A DNA stretch of 63,649 nt, the filler included. It is 5 parts of 5 records of this genome, joined end to end, with 100 filler letters (N's around TTAATTAATTAA, not from the genome) between each part and the next. Parts side by side here need not be neighbours in the genome. Positions count along the whole stretch, not along the records: positions 13,214 to 35,375 come from DRR378314_362; positions 35,476 to 42,273 come from DRR378314_365; positions 42,374 to 56,380 come from DRR378314_368; 2 more parts are not named here. One strand, written 5' to 3'. The position numbers and the translations under genes were made by a program. Under the pieces are notes generated by a model that had not been told where the DNA came from, made no database searches, and saw nothing but the letters and a program-made list of their open reading frames with translations. Below, piece by piece: positions 32,804 to 44,944 of this stretch (the first letter of the stretch is position 1; every line of letters starts with the position of its first letter).

Positions 32804-35104
32804 CTAATCGATTGCGACTTCTTCCACCGGTGAACGCCAGTAATTCCACTCGTTGAAATCGCTCTCCTCCGCCATGTCGCTCGAAGCCTTCAGGTACGGG
32901 AACACTTCGTCAACCATGACGTTCAGCGACGAGTACGAATCCAAGCTCCCGACCTGGGGAGCGAGAGAGAGAGAACACCGCAACAAGACGTGGAGAGTAT
33001 GGATAAGCACACAAAACAGCGTCGGGGGCGCGCGGCGTACGAGCGAGCGCGTGAAAACGGGCGAGTACCTGGCTGCGACAGTCCACAAACCGGAAAGGGA
33101 ACGAATCGCGCACGCAGCACGAACGAGCACGTGCATTGAAATTGCCGCTTCTTTTTTCTTCCGCAAGAAAAAGCGGTGGTGCATTGTATCGAAGAGGGAA
33201 GTAAGCGCGTACACGCGAATTGTTTCGTTCCAGACGATCTCAGTACAAACCACAACCAAAGAGGTTCTCCTGTACGTAGAGAGCGGGATAACCATTGGAT
33301 AGCAGAGGATTGAGATGCCACGTACGTCGGCAATCGTCGACAGTTTCCCTTTTGGATTGATGATAAAAATTCGCCCTTCCGGGATTCCGACGGACCGGTA
33401 CGACTTGGCGTCGGTGGGTCTGCGCGCATACCGTCGTGCAGCGCGCGCAGGACGAAGAAAAAACCGAAGAAGAACAAGGCAGTACAGAGAAAGCAACGGC
33501 ACCGCAGGATTTGGATGAATCAGCCGTTGCACAGAGAGGGACCGTGGTGCATAGAGCGCCGAGTACGCGCACGGAGGGAAGGAGGGAACGCGCCGCGCTG
33601 GAGCGAAAGCGGCGCAGCGGCGGCGTGCTCGCGCTCCGGTCTCGCCGAGCGTCCAGCCGTTACACGCGGCACGTACCGGTTCCCGAATCCGGCGTAGAAA
33701 GGCTTGCGATCGTCCGGGTAGAGGGAGAGTATGTTGCGCAGGCAAGCGATTTTGAACACGTCCGGACGACGGTGAATCACTTCGCGAGTGAGACTCTGCG
33801 CGCGCACAGCGGAATCGCAGCGCATTCCGCGGTAGATCAGGCTTCGCGCGCACTGCGGGGCACTGCGATACAGCGCGGCGGTGCGGTGCGCGTGCGCACG
33901 CGTTCGATTCTTCGGCGCTTTCGCGCTGCGTGCAGGACGGTACGAGGGCGGCGCGTGCGCCTGCGGAGACGCTCATCGCGCGCGAGTGGCGCCGCGGGTG
34001 CCGCATACGGTGCACGCGCGATGTTCCGCTGCCGCGACACCAAGAGCGCACGAAAACGCGCAGCGGCGCCGCGGATTCGGCGAGAATGACAGCGCGGGTT
34101 AACGCCGAGTACAGCGCCAGTACGTTTGCGCACGCTGCGCTCGTTCTCGCGCGCTCGTACCTGGAAGAGGCGATCGGGACTCATCATTACCGGTCCATCC
34201 GGCAAACGCGAGCCGTCTTTCTCCAGATTCCGGATAAAAGCTCGCGTGGACGACGACAGTCCTGCAGCACGCAGAGCAACCATAGACAACACACACGCAC
34301 GTGCGCATTTGAGGAGAGCGAGCGCGCGGACACAAGGGAGCGCAGACGCGTGTGCGTCACCGGTGGTGATCAGTGTAGGTGGTCCCCCTTCACATACGCG
34401 ACTGCACGCACAACGCCCTACGGACACAGACACGCAAACGCTGTACGCTGCGCTGCGACGATCGCGCACACGTCGCCGTATTGAGAGCGACCGCGCGCGT
34501 ACGCACTGCGCGCGGCGTTTGTCGCGGTTGTGGCGCTGCGCGTACCGATCGCGCGGGACGTCAGGTACATCATCGAGTACCCGTTTTTCGCGATGTTTGC
34601 AAATAATGAAGTGACACCCGCGTGCGACCAGTCCTTGCCGACAAACGTAAAGATGTGCCCGAGGACATCCGATCTGCGCAACGCAACGACACGCGCACAC
34701 ACAATGGAGCGCACGACCAGGTTCCGTTGCGGTGAGCTGCGCTACTGCGGCGCCGGATTCACCGCAGTAGCGCGCTCTCGGGAACGAATCCCGCACGCAG
34801 AGAGCGCGGGAAGAGCCAGCGCGCGTGCGCAGCGCCGGCGGATGTCGTGCGATCAGCGCGCGCTCGCGATCCCGCAGTGGAGCATCATGCGGTGGAATGG
34901 CGTCGTTGTCCTCCGCACGCGACGCCGTAGCGTTCCGCAGACGCGGTCGTGCTGCACGTGTGGGCGCGGAAGTACACACAGCACGTACCTCGTAATCGTT
35001 CCGTCGATGTCAGACACCACGATCTTCGTGGTCGAGTTCCACAGGTATACGCGCGATTCCAGGGTAAACGGTTCACCGCTACCGGTAATGACCGAAAACT
35101 CGAT
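32804..35104 (-). CDS. PAH1: Lipin/PAH1 phosphatidate phosphatase, C-terminal LNS2 (C-LIP) domain, six exons visible, 5' part missing
   Basis: YLWNSTTKIVVSDIDGTITR|SDVLGH..GKDWSH..YLTSRAIG|..LPDGPVMMSPDRL|..EVIHRRPDVFKIACL..FYAGFGNR|..Y..VGIP..IFIINPKG|..VDEVFP..FNEWNYWR; catalytic DIDGT at 34997-35011. Confidence 0.93.
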
Positions 35105-35345
35105 CTGCGCACGATCCCATCGCGTGGTAAACCCAGCGCACGCGCGCGCGCACGCAGCGTGAGCAGGACCGTTTGTGGCGTCAATAAGTGCGCACGATGG
35201 TGCTCTCCGGGGTCGCAGCGCGCGCGACAACAGCGGGTTCGCGCCATTCACGCACCTTGTTCGCGCCAGCGCGCAAGTTGAGAGCGCGCAGCATATCCGT
35301 GGTGGGTGTGAGCGATTTCACAAAGAAGCGCCTTCCCTGTGGAAA

Positions 35346-35375
35346 GAACGAACGAACGAAAGAACGAACGAACGA
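35346..35375 (+). repeat. (GAAC)n tetranucleotide repeat at the contig end
   Basis: gaacgaacgaacgaaagaacgaacgaacga before the linker. Confidence 0.85.
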
Positions 35376-35475
35376 NNNNNNNNNNNNNNNNNNNNNNNNN
35401 NNNNNNNNNNNNNNNNNNNTTAATTAATTAANNNNNNNNNNNNNNNNNNNNNNNNNNNNNNNNNNNNNNNNNNNN
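35376..35475. other. Artificial contig linker
   Basis: N-run + TTAATTAATTAA + N-run. Confidence 0.98.
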
Positions 35476-37554
35476 CGCGCCCGATCGACCGCGCACGGCA
35501 GCCGCACCTCCGCGCACGGCGACGCCGGGAACCGCTGTCCCAACAGGGCTCGCCGCTTCCTCGCTCGAGAATCTCTCCGCAGCTTCGTTTCCGCGTAGAT
35601 AGTCTTCATTTGTGCATACAGAAAACTGGACGCGATGGCATCCAAAGGCCGCGCCGCAGCCCGCCGGGACACACACGCACGTGTGCACGCAGCGCGACGA
35701 GTGAGCCAAAGTGCACCAGGCAGCACACTCCGCACCCAGACACTTGCGCTGCGCTTGCTCACCCAACGAGCAGCACAGTGCAGAACTAGACTTCCTCAGA
35801 GGCAACACGCGTGCAATATCGGGCGAACGTACATAGTCACGCAGGAGAATTGATTCCGTCTTCGAATACGGCTCCGTAGCGCTCTGCAGCGACGGAGTGG
35901 AGACTGTCCTCGGAGCGGCGTCAGCTTTGCTCGCCGGACGCGCAGCGGCTCGTCCGGCCTCTTCGCTGCGCCGGCTCCACCACGACGAGAAGCGCGCCCG
36001 CCAAAGACACCGCAGCACTCCAGAGTATCTGCACGTATGCATCATTCACAGTGACGATACGCCGCTCGCCTCGCACGCACCCGCACAAACGGGCGCGCCT
36101 CGCACCTGCACGCGTTGGGAAGTGGAGCACGTGCGAACGCGGCAGCGGCTAGGGTGGCGGGAGAGCATATAGTAGGGGTAGGGATACAGGAGCACGCAAG
36201 CGGGACGCGGCGAGTAGGGCGACGTGTCTACGCCACGACATTGCACGGCACCGGCGCGGGGCGTGCGCTCGACGGTGAGAAAGAGAGGAAGAAATGAGCG
36301 CATGAAGTGTGCATTTCCCCGGGGGAAGGGTTCATTTAGGGCTTGCTGCAAGCATGAAGCGCTTTGCACGATGTAGGGCATCGTAGTGGAAAGGAATGTC
36401 GGCCGCGTTACCTGATGTTAAGCCAAGCACATGCTCAAATCTATGGCCATATTGCAGCTATCGCTGCATTGATTGGATGATACCACAGTTCTGCAGAATA
36501 CTATCTCCCTTTTTATGCGCTATTCTTGTGACTTCGCATAATTTGGACTTGCTGTTGCGCGATAATGTTGAAGCCAAACCACGCATGCCTTCGTTCGTAA
36601 TGGCGGGGCTGAGCTCAAAGCGCGGAGCTGTCCTAACCAACAAGTGAAAGTTCCCGTGTAAATCATGTACAACCATGAGCTGAACAGTCTTTCTATAACC
36701 GGAGAAAGGGAGAACGAAGACGATCTGACAGAATACTTTGAAGGCGAGGGCGTTAGATGAAGGGGGAGATGATGGCGAAAGACTATGTCCTCAACGGTCT
36801 GGGCCAGTTGTGAGTGCTCGTACCGCATGCCATTTGCTCACACCAGCAGCAGATTTCTAATGAAGACACCTGATTTTCCTCAGTCCTTGAAATAAAAGAC
36901 TGAGCATTGCAAAAACTGCATATTTTTCAAATATCTCTTTTTCCTCTGACAGCGATGTTTTCAGAGACAAAGAAGAGAGCGAGCAATGATAGAGCACACC
37001 GTGTGCACGGCCGGTACGCGAACCGCTCACCGCGTTCTTCCAATACGAAAGAAGCAGCACGGAAGGCACCAGCTGCGACCACCTGCCACTTCTTGTCAAA
37101 AGCAACGTCCTGTATTTTCTCTTGCAGACCGCCGCCGTAAACTTAACGACTGCAGTTTCCTTAGCCTCGAGAAGGCTACAGGCACAAGGAAAAGCATCGA
37201 CCACTACCATGAGCGGAGAAGCCGCAAAGAGAGTGGCAATGGCAAGAGCACAACAAAAGGGAAGAAGTGAGCGTTTCATTGCTCAAGTATCCAATAATTA
37301 AAATGTATGGAATCGCAAATTGAAAACGGACGAAGAACTCTCGCTTATCACGGAGGTGATCAGGAAAGTCCCCTTGAAAGCTGAAATAGTATTTGATATT
37401 GTGTGGGGATCGTTGAACAAGAGATTGCTGTGCGCTTGGCACCGTTGGACCTGGAGAACCATCGGAAGCCAGCGCAAGTCTTGCTTTCTAATTTAGAACT
37501 AAAACGAAAAAATTCGATATTGTTGAGGAGATCTAAGGAATTACGCATCTGCTA

Positions 37555-39060
37555 TCACGCTCCATCCTGCCGCCGATTCCTCCTCCACTTTTGGAACCGA
37601 CCGCGCAGAGACCTGGGATGATTCTCTGCAAAACGTGCAGTTTGCTCATCTTGAGCGTCGGAGTAAGCGATGGCGTTTTCCGCTTCATCAGCGGGTGGAT
37701 GACTTGTGTCCTGAACGGGAGGTGTCTCGGTAGGAGATCCACTTGTTTCAGTGGAATTCGATGCCACAGAGTCGCATTCTCCAGTGCCTGAATAAGAGTC
37801 GGGGAACGGGTTGAGAGGGAAGCGATCGCCTGTTCCGGTTGTCGGGCCCTCCATAGGCGGTCCAGAAGGGGGTGAAGGCAGTGTGGGAACCGCTTTCTCT
37901 CCACGGAGTTCTCTCACGTTTGGTTCGCGCCAAAACATGACTCCCCTCGTCCTACGTGGAGGAGCTGTTCCTGGACCTCGAGGAAATGTCGTCGTATCGG
38001 AACGAGACCGCGCTGTCTGATTCGTGGGAGCTTCGAGTCCTGGCAAGTAGACCGTTGATGAACCGGCTCTTTCGACGCTTGTCGCTATACCATACCAATC
38101 GGAGAGCAAAGGAACACAAAGTGAAGTAAGCGGAAGCCGCAGCAACACAAGGGTGAGAAATATCCAACGGCCATGATTTCTGTCACTACAACCTTTGCAC
38201 AGATGCAACTCACCGTAACGATCAATTCGACCAGGAGCTCCGGGTTCTGTTCGGCTGCGCATTACCGACGTTGCAGTGCTGAATTCCAGTTGCAACGAAG
38301 AAATGATCGGCGGTAAGGTCGGTCGATTTACGATCTGATCGCTCCTCCCAGCTGTGCCTGGTAGCCGGGTCGGTACGTTCGACGCTGGGGCGCCGTGCCT
38401 TCCTCGTGAGTCATCACGAACACGACATTCGCTAGGCGCTGGCTCGTACTCTCCACCTCGAACATCTCTACGAAAGAAACCAGATTGTCTCTCTTTCCCC
38501 CTTGTATCCCTCCGTGAGATTCCATTCGACGTCATTGCGGTTGAATAAACTGCATTGCACGTTTGTGGCCCTTGCGAATGCCCTCGTCCGCGCGCAGCAG
38601 ACTCCCTCGAGCCAGACAGTTCTGATTGGTCGCATGCCGGCGCTGCCCAGGCCGGTGGCGCGTTTGTTTCTCCGAGGCACGACCCAGTCCTTTGCAATGC
38701 AAAGCTATCTGTTACGCTTTGCAAGCAGTGAGTCACAGTCGAAGAACACTGTGCTCTTCGCACAGCACCGACGGTAACTTCGTACACAGACAAGTCCCCG
38801 GAAAAATGATGCGCACCGCCATCGCTTTCGCCGGAGGAACCTGATCCACCGAGAGGTGCCACGGATCCACCTGGGCAGTTGCTATACTTTGTGCCCTCGT
38901 CAAGAGCATTACCACTGTCTTCCTGTGACGTAGGCGTTTTTGGCGATTCATTCTTCGGATCCTGCAAAGAAGCGCGCAGAATACGCAAATCAGAAAACGC
39001 AAAAGTGTAAGCAACGAATGAACATCGGCAACTTCGTGGCCAAACTACGATTAGCTTCAT
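37555..39060 (-). CDS. Long Ser/Gly/Pro-rich ORF, probably one or more exons of a disordered eukaryotic protein
   Basis: 501-codon open frame with low-complexity composition and no domain I recognise. Confidence 0.35.
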   Translation of the reverse strand: MKLIVVWPRSCRCSFVAYTFAFSDLRILRASLQDPKNESPKTPTSQEDSGNALDEGTKYSNCPGGSVAPLGGSGSSGESDGGAHHFSGDLSVYEVTVGAVRRAQCSSTVTHCLQSVTDSFALQRTGSCLGETNAPPAWAAPACDQSELSGSRESAARGRGHSQGPQTCNAVYSTAMTSNGISRRDTRGKERQSGFFRRDVRGGEYEPAPSECRVRDDSRGRHGAPASNVPTRLPGTAGRSDQIVNRPTLPPIISSLQLEFSTATSVMRSRTEPGAPGRIDRYGELHLCKGCSDRNHGRWIFLTLVLLRLPLTSLCVPLLSDWYGIATSVERAGSSTVYLPGLEAPTNQTARSRSDTTTFPRGPGTAPPRRTRGVMFWREPNVRELRGEKAVPTLPSPPSGPPMEGPTTGTGDRFPLNPFPDSYSGTGECDSVASNSTETSGSPTETPPVQDTSHPPADEAENAIAYSDAQDEQTARFAENHPRSLRGRFQKWRRNRRQDGA

Positions 39061-42000
39061 CTCCGATTACCTCCGCAAGCGACCCGGCTGTCATAGGATT
39101 CTCAGCAGGATTTCTCGTCGGGAATTTTGGTAATCAAGCCTTTGTGGAATCACAGTAAAATAATTATATATATTTTTGATTTCGCAGACTGCCAGATGGA
39201 AGCTCCACTATGACACACAGGAAGAAAGAATCCCTCGCAGCCGCTTCACGAGAAGATAGCGGTAGCTGCTATGATCGCAGGAAATCCGCAGCGTCAAACG
39301 CAGAAACAACACTTTCGATCATATCAATAGAGAAGGGGTACGTTCGTTTTCAACAATATCATGCCATGTGATCAGGAGCGCTGCTTTCTACACCGACAGC
39401 CAAGCCATCGCCAACCGGTACCGCCACGGTGGACAGCTGAGAACTAGGAACGGGCTCCCGTGCACAGAACTGAGAGGAAAGCACGTCGTTTGTGCTGGAG
39501 AACCGGGGGCGGCATGTGAACATAATCTTCACATGTAGCATTGAGTGTGCATAAAGCAAGCTTCGGTGACTTTCAAGCAGAGAGTCACGCATCCACTTCC
39601 GCTCATCACAAGCGAAAAGAGGTGGGCAGAAGAGTGTCCAAGGCATCCGCGCACACGTGCGTAGGGAAGGACTCGGCAAAGCGACCTTCACGCCATCTCG
39701 TTATCGCAGAACGCTAAGCCAGCTGCAAAGGCTTTTCTTGGTAGAGTTACTAAAACCCACGTCAACGGTACAATTTCTATGCCTTCTTAAGTAAGAGCCA
39801 CTAATCTTTGCAGAAAATTGCTTTCGGTGCACACAATAAGCGCTCGCACTAAGCGCACACCTCATACAACAGAGGAGCATAGCCACAAGGACGCACGCAA
39901 GCTCTACGGCAGGATGGAAAGAGCTGTCTGTACGCGGACGCAAGGCACTCACGCTTAACAGGCATTTGATTACTATGCACGCATAGAGCACAATTGACAA
40001 ACAAGAAGCACACAACAAGACCCGGCACAATAGTCACAAAGCGGCCTTGATATGCACACGGGCCCTTCAAGCAGCGACACAGCCGCAAGCGAGGGCAAGG
40101 AGGGCTGAGCAAGCAGACACATGAAGCAATTCCACCTTCGCGCTTTGATATTCCGCTTCGCTGATTCGGAGAGTAACCGAGGAAATACCTGGATCCACGG
40201 TGTAAAATATATTCTGCAATAAAACTTGCTATTACTGCGATCAAGGTCTACCCAGATGAAGAAGTTTGTATCTCCGAGGGACGCGGGTGGCGGAACGCGG
40301 AAAGCCTTGGCGCTACAGACTTACTTGCTGCGACGCACTGGAACTGGAGCCGTTACGACTCTTCGCTCAACAGCGTACCTTCGATGAATCAAAAGGACTC
40401 GCAAATACATTGCCAGCAAGTATGGAACTACCTTGCAGTGCGATTCTCGGCAATGCATTGGCAAGGAACCGAAGCGCAACTAACAATAGAAACAAAGCGG
40501 AGAAGACGAACATTTCTTCTTGAGTGCGGGAAGGGAAACTTTTTCTATACACGCGCAGACACGAATGCGCCGCCGCCAGGCGACCGGAACGAGCCAAATT
40601 CAGAACTGGCTGAGCCGTGTTCGGCCTCGCGCACTTCCTTCCCGCATGTTGATACCGGCACCTTGACTTAAGTCGGTCAGACACAAATTACTCGCATATC
40701 GCTCACAGGTCCTCAGATATGCACCATGAAGCATTCCCTGATGTACAACCAATTGCCTTCACACCATACGACGCCCGAATCCAGCGATAGAACAGCAATG
40801 GTAGATGCAACTAGCAAAAACAAATTGGAGGCACGCTGTCTGGGCAGTTCCACAAACACGCGTCCTCGATTTCTTTCGCTTCTTTTTTTTCTATTGGTAA
40901 GCCTGCAAAGAAAGTAGGGAGTCGATGAAGTTTCGCGCGCTCTCTTTTTCTTTCTTTCTTCCTTCGTTCTTTTCCCTCGCACTGAGCAGCGAACTGGCTC
41001 TCGCCAACAGGGTGTCAACTTCACACGTCGATCTTGCCATAGATCGTGCCCAAACCTCAATTCCCAACCACCAAAGAATGGCGCCTTCCCGAAAAGAAAA
41101 CTTCCGCACATGTGTGAAATTTTGCCAAACTTATCATGCGGGTACGTCAAGCTTCATTTGACTCCTGCGTTTCCGACAATGAGACGGGCGCGCACATGTG
41201 TTGCTATGACATCCCTGCGTACCGGCAGGCTTGACACGCAGGTGCACCTGGTGAACGCCACCAGCACCTCAACCGCAGACCGCGTGTGTGCCAGGACGAG
41301 CTACACGTTCCTCGCAGCGGCATCACAACCAGCGCATCTACCATCGCACTCTGCGACTTCCAATGAATCATTTCTACCGCAATGAACAAAATTATTGAGG
41401 GACTAAGGCCATACTTGAACAGCGCGAGCCGCACGGACCGCCATACCCGCCGGTGGGCGCGCCACAGCTTCGGTAGGCGCGCCCCTCGGACTGATCAGCC
41501 ACGCAGGGGAGGCAGCGCGCTCGACTAGGAGAAAGCGCAGCTCAGCACCTCCCAGCACAGCCGCGATCGAGATCACTCCTGGCCTCCTCCGCGTCGCCGT
41601 CCTGCGCGCCGTGACTTTGAGAGCGCCCGCTGTGCTCGTTGCCTTGCCGGCGTCCTTGCCAGCACCGCAGACCAGCTCCCCGCTCTGCGTTGTCCCGGCG
41701 AGTGATTCATTTAGTCGCTCGCCTACGTGCTTCCTTCTCCAACAAGTGCAATTGCTCGCGCGAGGACACCGGCAGCTGCAACGCGCTCGTTTCGTTGCTT
41801 CGTCCTTGTCGTCGCGCGAGCAAAGCGCTCGCTTGCGTACTCCGATATTTGCAATCTACGTCCTTCGTCCCTCTCTTTCAAAAAATCGTCGAGTGCTTCT
41901 TCGTTGTTGCTGTTTTGGTGCGTAAAGCACTGGTTTCAAGTGACAGCGCGAGTGTCAACATATTTCGCGGCACAGTAGCAGGCTTGTGCAACTCGTCTCG

Positions 42001-42273
42001 CTGCTCCTTGCAGGCATGGACGCCAAGGATTTGAGCGCCGCGGTAGACGCGCTGCGCGAAGTCGAGAGGAGCTCCTCTGCCGTCACTTCCAGCATGTACG
42101 TTTGTCTTCCTCTTGGCAATTATCCTTAGTTAGCTTCTACGGCAATGCTACTTGAGGGGCAAGATGTATCGTACGCGCTCAGAGCGCACTCGACTCTGCG
42201 CGCAGAAGTCGACAGTGCTGCTTCCTTGCGATGCGCTGACACGCCGAAAGCGGCGCGTTTCCGCTGCGTATGT

Positions 42274-42373
42274 NNNNNNNNNNNNNNNNNNNNNNNNNNN
42301 NNNNNNNNNNNNNNNNNTTAATTAATTAANNNNNNNNNNNNNNNNNNNNNNNNNNNNNNNNNNNNNNNNNNNN
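42274..42373. other. Artificial contig linker
   Basis: N-run + TTAATTAATTAA + N-run. Confidence 0.98.
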
Positions 42374-42374
42374 C

Positions 42375-42437
42375 GAAGGCATCGAGAAAGAAGAAGTCGA
42401 CTTCGCGGCTGAAGTCATGGCGCAGGCTAAGGGCTGA
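42375..42437 (+). CDS. tsf: Elongation factor Ts, C-terminal fragment
   Basis: EGIEKEEVDFAAEVMAQAKG*, the EF-Ts C-terminus, directly upstream of pyrH. Confidence 0.92.
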   Translation, partial: EGIEKEEVDFAAEVMAQAKG

Positions 42438-42635
42438 TCGCGACCGAAGCACCGCTTCGCAGCGCGATCAGCGACCGGCCAGGGATGGCCGGGCCGGGCT
42501 TTCCGAATGCGATGGCGTGGCGCCAGGGATGGCCGGCACGGCCTGGCCGGGTAAGCCACTTCGCAGCACGACCAACGCGACTGGTGGCGCCTGCTTCCGG
42601 CGCCGTTCCGGGAAAGCCGGTTGTGCGGAAGCCAC

Positions 42636-42673
42636 AAAACGCCTTGCTGGCCTGACCAGCAAGGCGTTTTTTT
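42636..42673 (+). terminator. Rho-independent terminator after tsf
   Basis: AAAACGCCTTGCTGG-CCTGA-CCAGCAAGGCGTTTTTTT perfect hairpin with a T-tract. Confidence 0.88.
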
Positions 42674-42677
42674 CGAC

Positions 42678-42705
42678 TTGCATCCTGCCTCCGGCGGGGT
42701 AGTGT
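42678..42705 (+). promoter_or_regulatory. Putative sigma70 promoter for pyrH
   Basis: TTGCAT-16 nt-TAGTGT between the terminator and pyrH. Confidence 0.45.
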
Positions 42706-42737
42706 GCTGAATGGATTGAGATGAACGGCGGGTATTC

Positions 42738-43508
42738 ATGAGTGGCGGAGATCAAGAGATGGCCAAGAACAAGGAGCGCTCGCCGCGCTACAACCGTATT
42801 CTGCTGAAATTGAGCGGTGAAGCGCTGGCGGGCGAAGAGGGGTTTGGAATCGACCCGCGGGTGCTGGACACCCTGTCATTGGAAATCGGCCAGCTGGTGG
42901 GCATCGGCGTTCAGGTGGGCCTGGTGGTCGGCGGCGGCAACCTGTTCCGCGGCGCCGCCCTGCAAACCGCCGGCCTGGACCGGGTGGCGGGCGATCATAT
43001 GGGCATGCTGGCCACGGTGATGAACGGCCTGGCGCTGCGTGACGCCCTGGAACGGTCCAATATCCGCACCCGGCTGATGTCGGCCATTCCCATGAGCGGC
43101 ATCGTGGAGCATTATGACCACCGCAACGCCAACCGGCACCTGAAGAACGGCGAAGTGGTGATTTTCTGCGCCGGCACCGGCAATCCGTTTTTCACCACGG
43201 ATTCCGCGGCCTGTCTGCGCGGTATCGAGATCAGCGCCGACGTGGTGCTCAAGGCCACCAAGGTGGACGGCGTCTACAACGACGACCCGGTGACGAACCC
43301 CCAGGCGGAGAAGTACGATCACCTCACCTACGACGAGGTGATTGACCGCAAGCTCGGGGTGATGGATCTGACCGCCATCTGCCTGTGCCGTGACCACGGC
43401 ATGCCGTTGCGGGTATTTAACATGAACAAGCAGGGCGCGCTGCTCGGCCTGATGCTGGGCGGCAACGAAGGCACCCTGGTTGTGGCTGACAAAGAAGGCG
43501 AGGAATAA
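42738..43508 (+). CDS. pyrH: UMP kinase
   Basis: [42 protein letters not shown] and ATKVDGVY; the start may be 42759. Confidence 0.97.
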   Translation: MSGGDQEMAKNKERSPRYNRILLKLSGEALAGEEGFGIDPRVLDTLSLEIGQLVGIGVQVGLVVGGGNLFRGAALQTAGLDRVAGDHMGMLATVMNGLALRDALERSNIRTRLMSAIPMSGIVEHYDHRNANRHLKNGEVVIFCAGTGNPFFTTDSAACLRGIEISADVVLKATKVDGVYNDDPVTNPQAEKYDHLTYDEVIDRKLGVMDLTAICLCRDHGMPLRVFNMNKQGALLGLMLGGNEGTLVVADKEGEE

Positions 43509-43510
43509 AG

Positions 43511-44068
43511 GTGATCGAGGATATCAAGAAGGACGCCCAGTCGCGCATGAAGAAGAGTCTGGAATCGCTCGACGTGGCACTCAAGCGGGTGCGCACCGGA
43601 CGGGCGCATCCGAGCCTGCTGGACGGTGTGACCGTGGCCTACTACGGTTCGCCCACGCCGCTCAGCCAGTTGGCCAACATTTCCGTGGAAGAGGGCCGCA
43701 CCCTGGTGGTGTCGCCGTTCGACCGCTCCCTGGTTCCGGAGGTTGAGAAAGCGATCATGACCTCCGACCTGGGCCTGAACCCCTCCACCGCCGGCACGGT
43801 GATCCGACTGCCGCTGCCGCCGCTCACCGAGGAAACCCGCAAGGACCTGGTGAAAGTGGTGCGCGCTGAAGTCGAGCACGCCCGGGTGGCGATCCGCAAT
43901 ATCCGCCGTGACGCCAACGGCGACCTGAAAGACCTGCTCAAGGAGAAGGAAATCTCCGAGGACGAAGCCCGCCACGGCGAAGAGCAGATTCAGCAGCTCA
44001 CCGATAAAAGCGTGGCCGAAGCCGACGCCATGCTCAAAACCAAGGAAGAGGAGTTGATGACGGTATAA
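43511..44068 (+). CDS. frr: Ribosome recycling factor
   Basis: [27 protein letters not shown] and [12 protein letters not shown]. Confidence 0.97.
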   Translation: MIEDIKKDAQSRMKKSLESLDVALKRVRTGRAHPSLLDGVTVAYYGSPTPLSQLANISVEEGRTLVVSPFDRSLVPEVEKAIMTSDLGLNPSTAGTVIRLPLPPLTEETRKDLVKVVRAEVEHARVAIRNIRRDANGDLKDLLKEKEISEDEARHGEEQIQQLTDKSVAEADAMLKTKEEELMTV

Positions 44069-44161
44069 GTGGCGGGGCGCAAGGGCGCCCGCCGACCGTT
44101 GTCCAAACACACTGTACGGGTGAATTCGGGATGCGGGCCCACCGCAGCCCGATGTTTTTTT

Positions 44162-44944
44162 ATGGAAGACAGCAAAGCCGACTCCTCCGCTCCCGATATC
44201 GACTCCCATCAGGGCGCCGTTCCCCGCCATGTGGCCATCATTATGGATGGCAACAACCGCTGGGCGCGCCGCCGTGATCTGCCCGGGGTGGAAGGCCACC
44301 GGGCCGGTGAAAACGCGGTGCAGACGGTGATCCGCCGGGCCGGCCAGCGCGGCGTGGAAGTGGTCACCCTGTTCGCCTTCAGTTCCGAGAACTGGCGCCG
44401 GCCCCCGGAGGAAGTGAACCATCTGATGGGTCTGTTCGTGCGCGCCCTGGGCGAACGGGTGGACGAGCTGCAGGAAAACGGCGTGCGGCTGCGTTTCATC
44501 GGCGAGCGCGCCGCGTTCGGCGAGGATCTGCGCCGGGGCATGGCCGACGCCGAGCAGCGCACCGCCGGCAACCAGCGAATGACCGTGGTGGTGGCGGTGA
44601 ATTACGGGGGCCAGTGGGATCTGGCCCAGGCCGCCGCCGAGCTGGCGCGCCGGGTGCGCGACGGCGAGCTGGCCCTGGAGCGGGTCGACGCCCAGGCCCT
44701 CGGCGCCGAGGTCAGCATGGCGGACCTGCCGGCGCCGGATCTGCTGATCCGCACCGGCGGCGAACAGCGCCTCAGTAACTTCCTGCTATGGCAAAGCGCG
44801 TACAGTGAATTCTATTTTACCCCGGTGCTGTGGCCGGACTTCGACGCCGACGCTTTTGATGCCGCCCTGGCGGATTACGCCGGCCGCCAGCGTCGTTTCG
44901 GTCGTTCCGGGGAAGAGGTGGAGCGCCTCAAGGGAGAACAATAA
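44162..44944 (+). CDS. uppS: Undecaprenyl diphosphate synthase
   Basis: PRHVAIIMDGNNRWA, FAFSSENWRRP, NYGG, PDLLIRTGGEQRLSNFLLWQ and RRFG. Confidence 0.96.
   Translation: MEDSKADSSAPDIDSHQGAVPRHVAIIMDGNNRWARRRDLPGVEGHRAGENAVQTVIRRAGQRGVEVVTLFAFSSENWRRPPEEVNHLMGLFVRALGERVDELQENGVRLRFIGERAAFGEDLRRGMADAEQRTAGNQRMTVVVAVNYGGQWDLAQAAAELARRVRDGELALERVDAQALGAEVSMADLPAPDLLIRTGGEQRLSNFLLWQSAYSEFYFTPVLWPDFDADAFDAALADYAGRQRRFGRSGEEVERLKGEQ

Noticed and set aside
31338..35427. Many overlapping Arg/Ala-rich ORFs
   Set aside because: Products of stop-poor CG-rich intronic and intergenic DNA; the coding signal is explained by the lipin and POT exons.
13114..42373. Eukaryote-to-bacterium gene transfer suggested by adjacency
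   Set aside because: The adjacency is only across artificial linkers, and the genes have spliceosomal introns.
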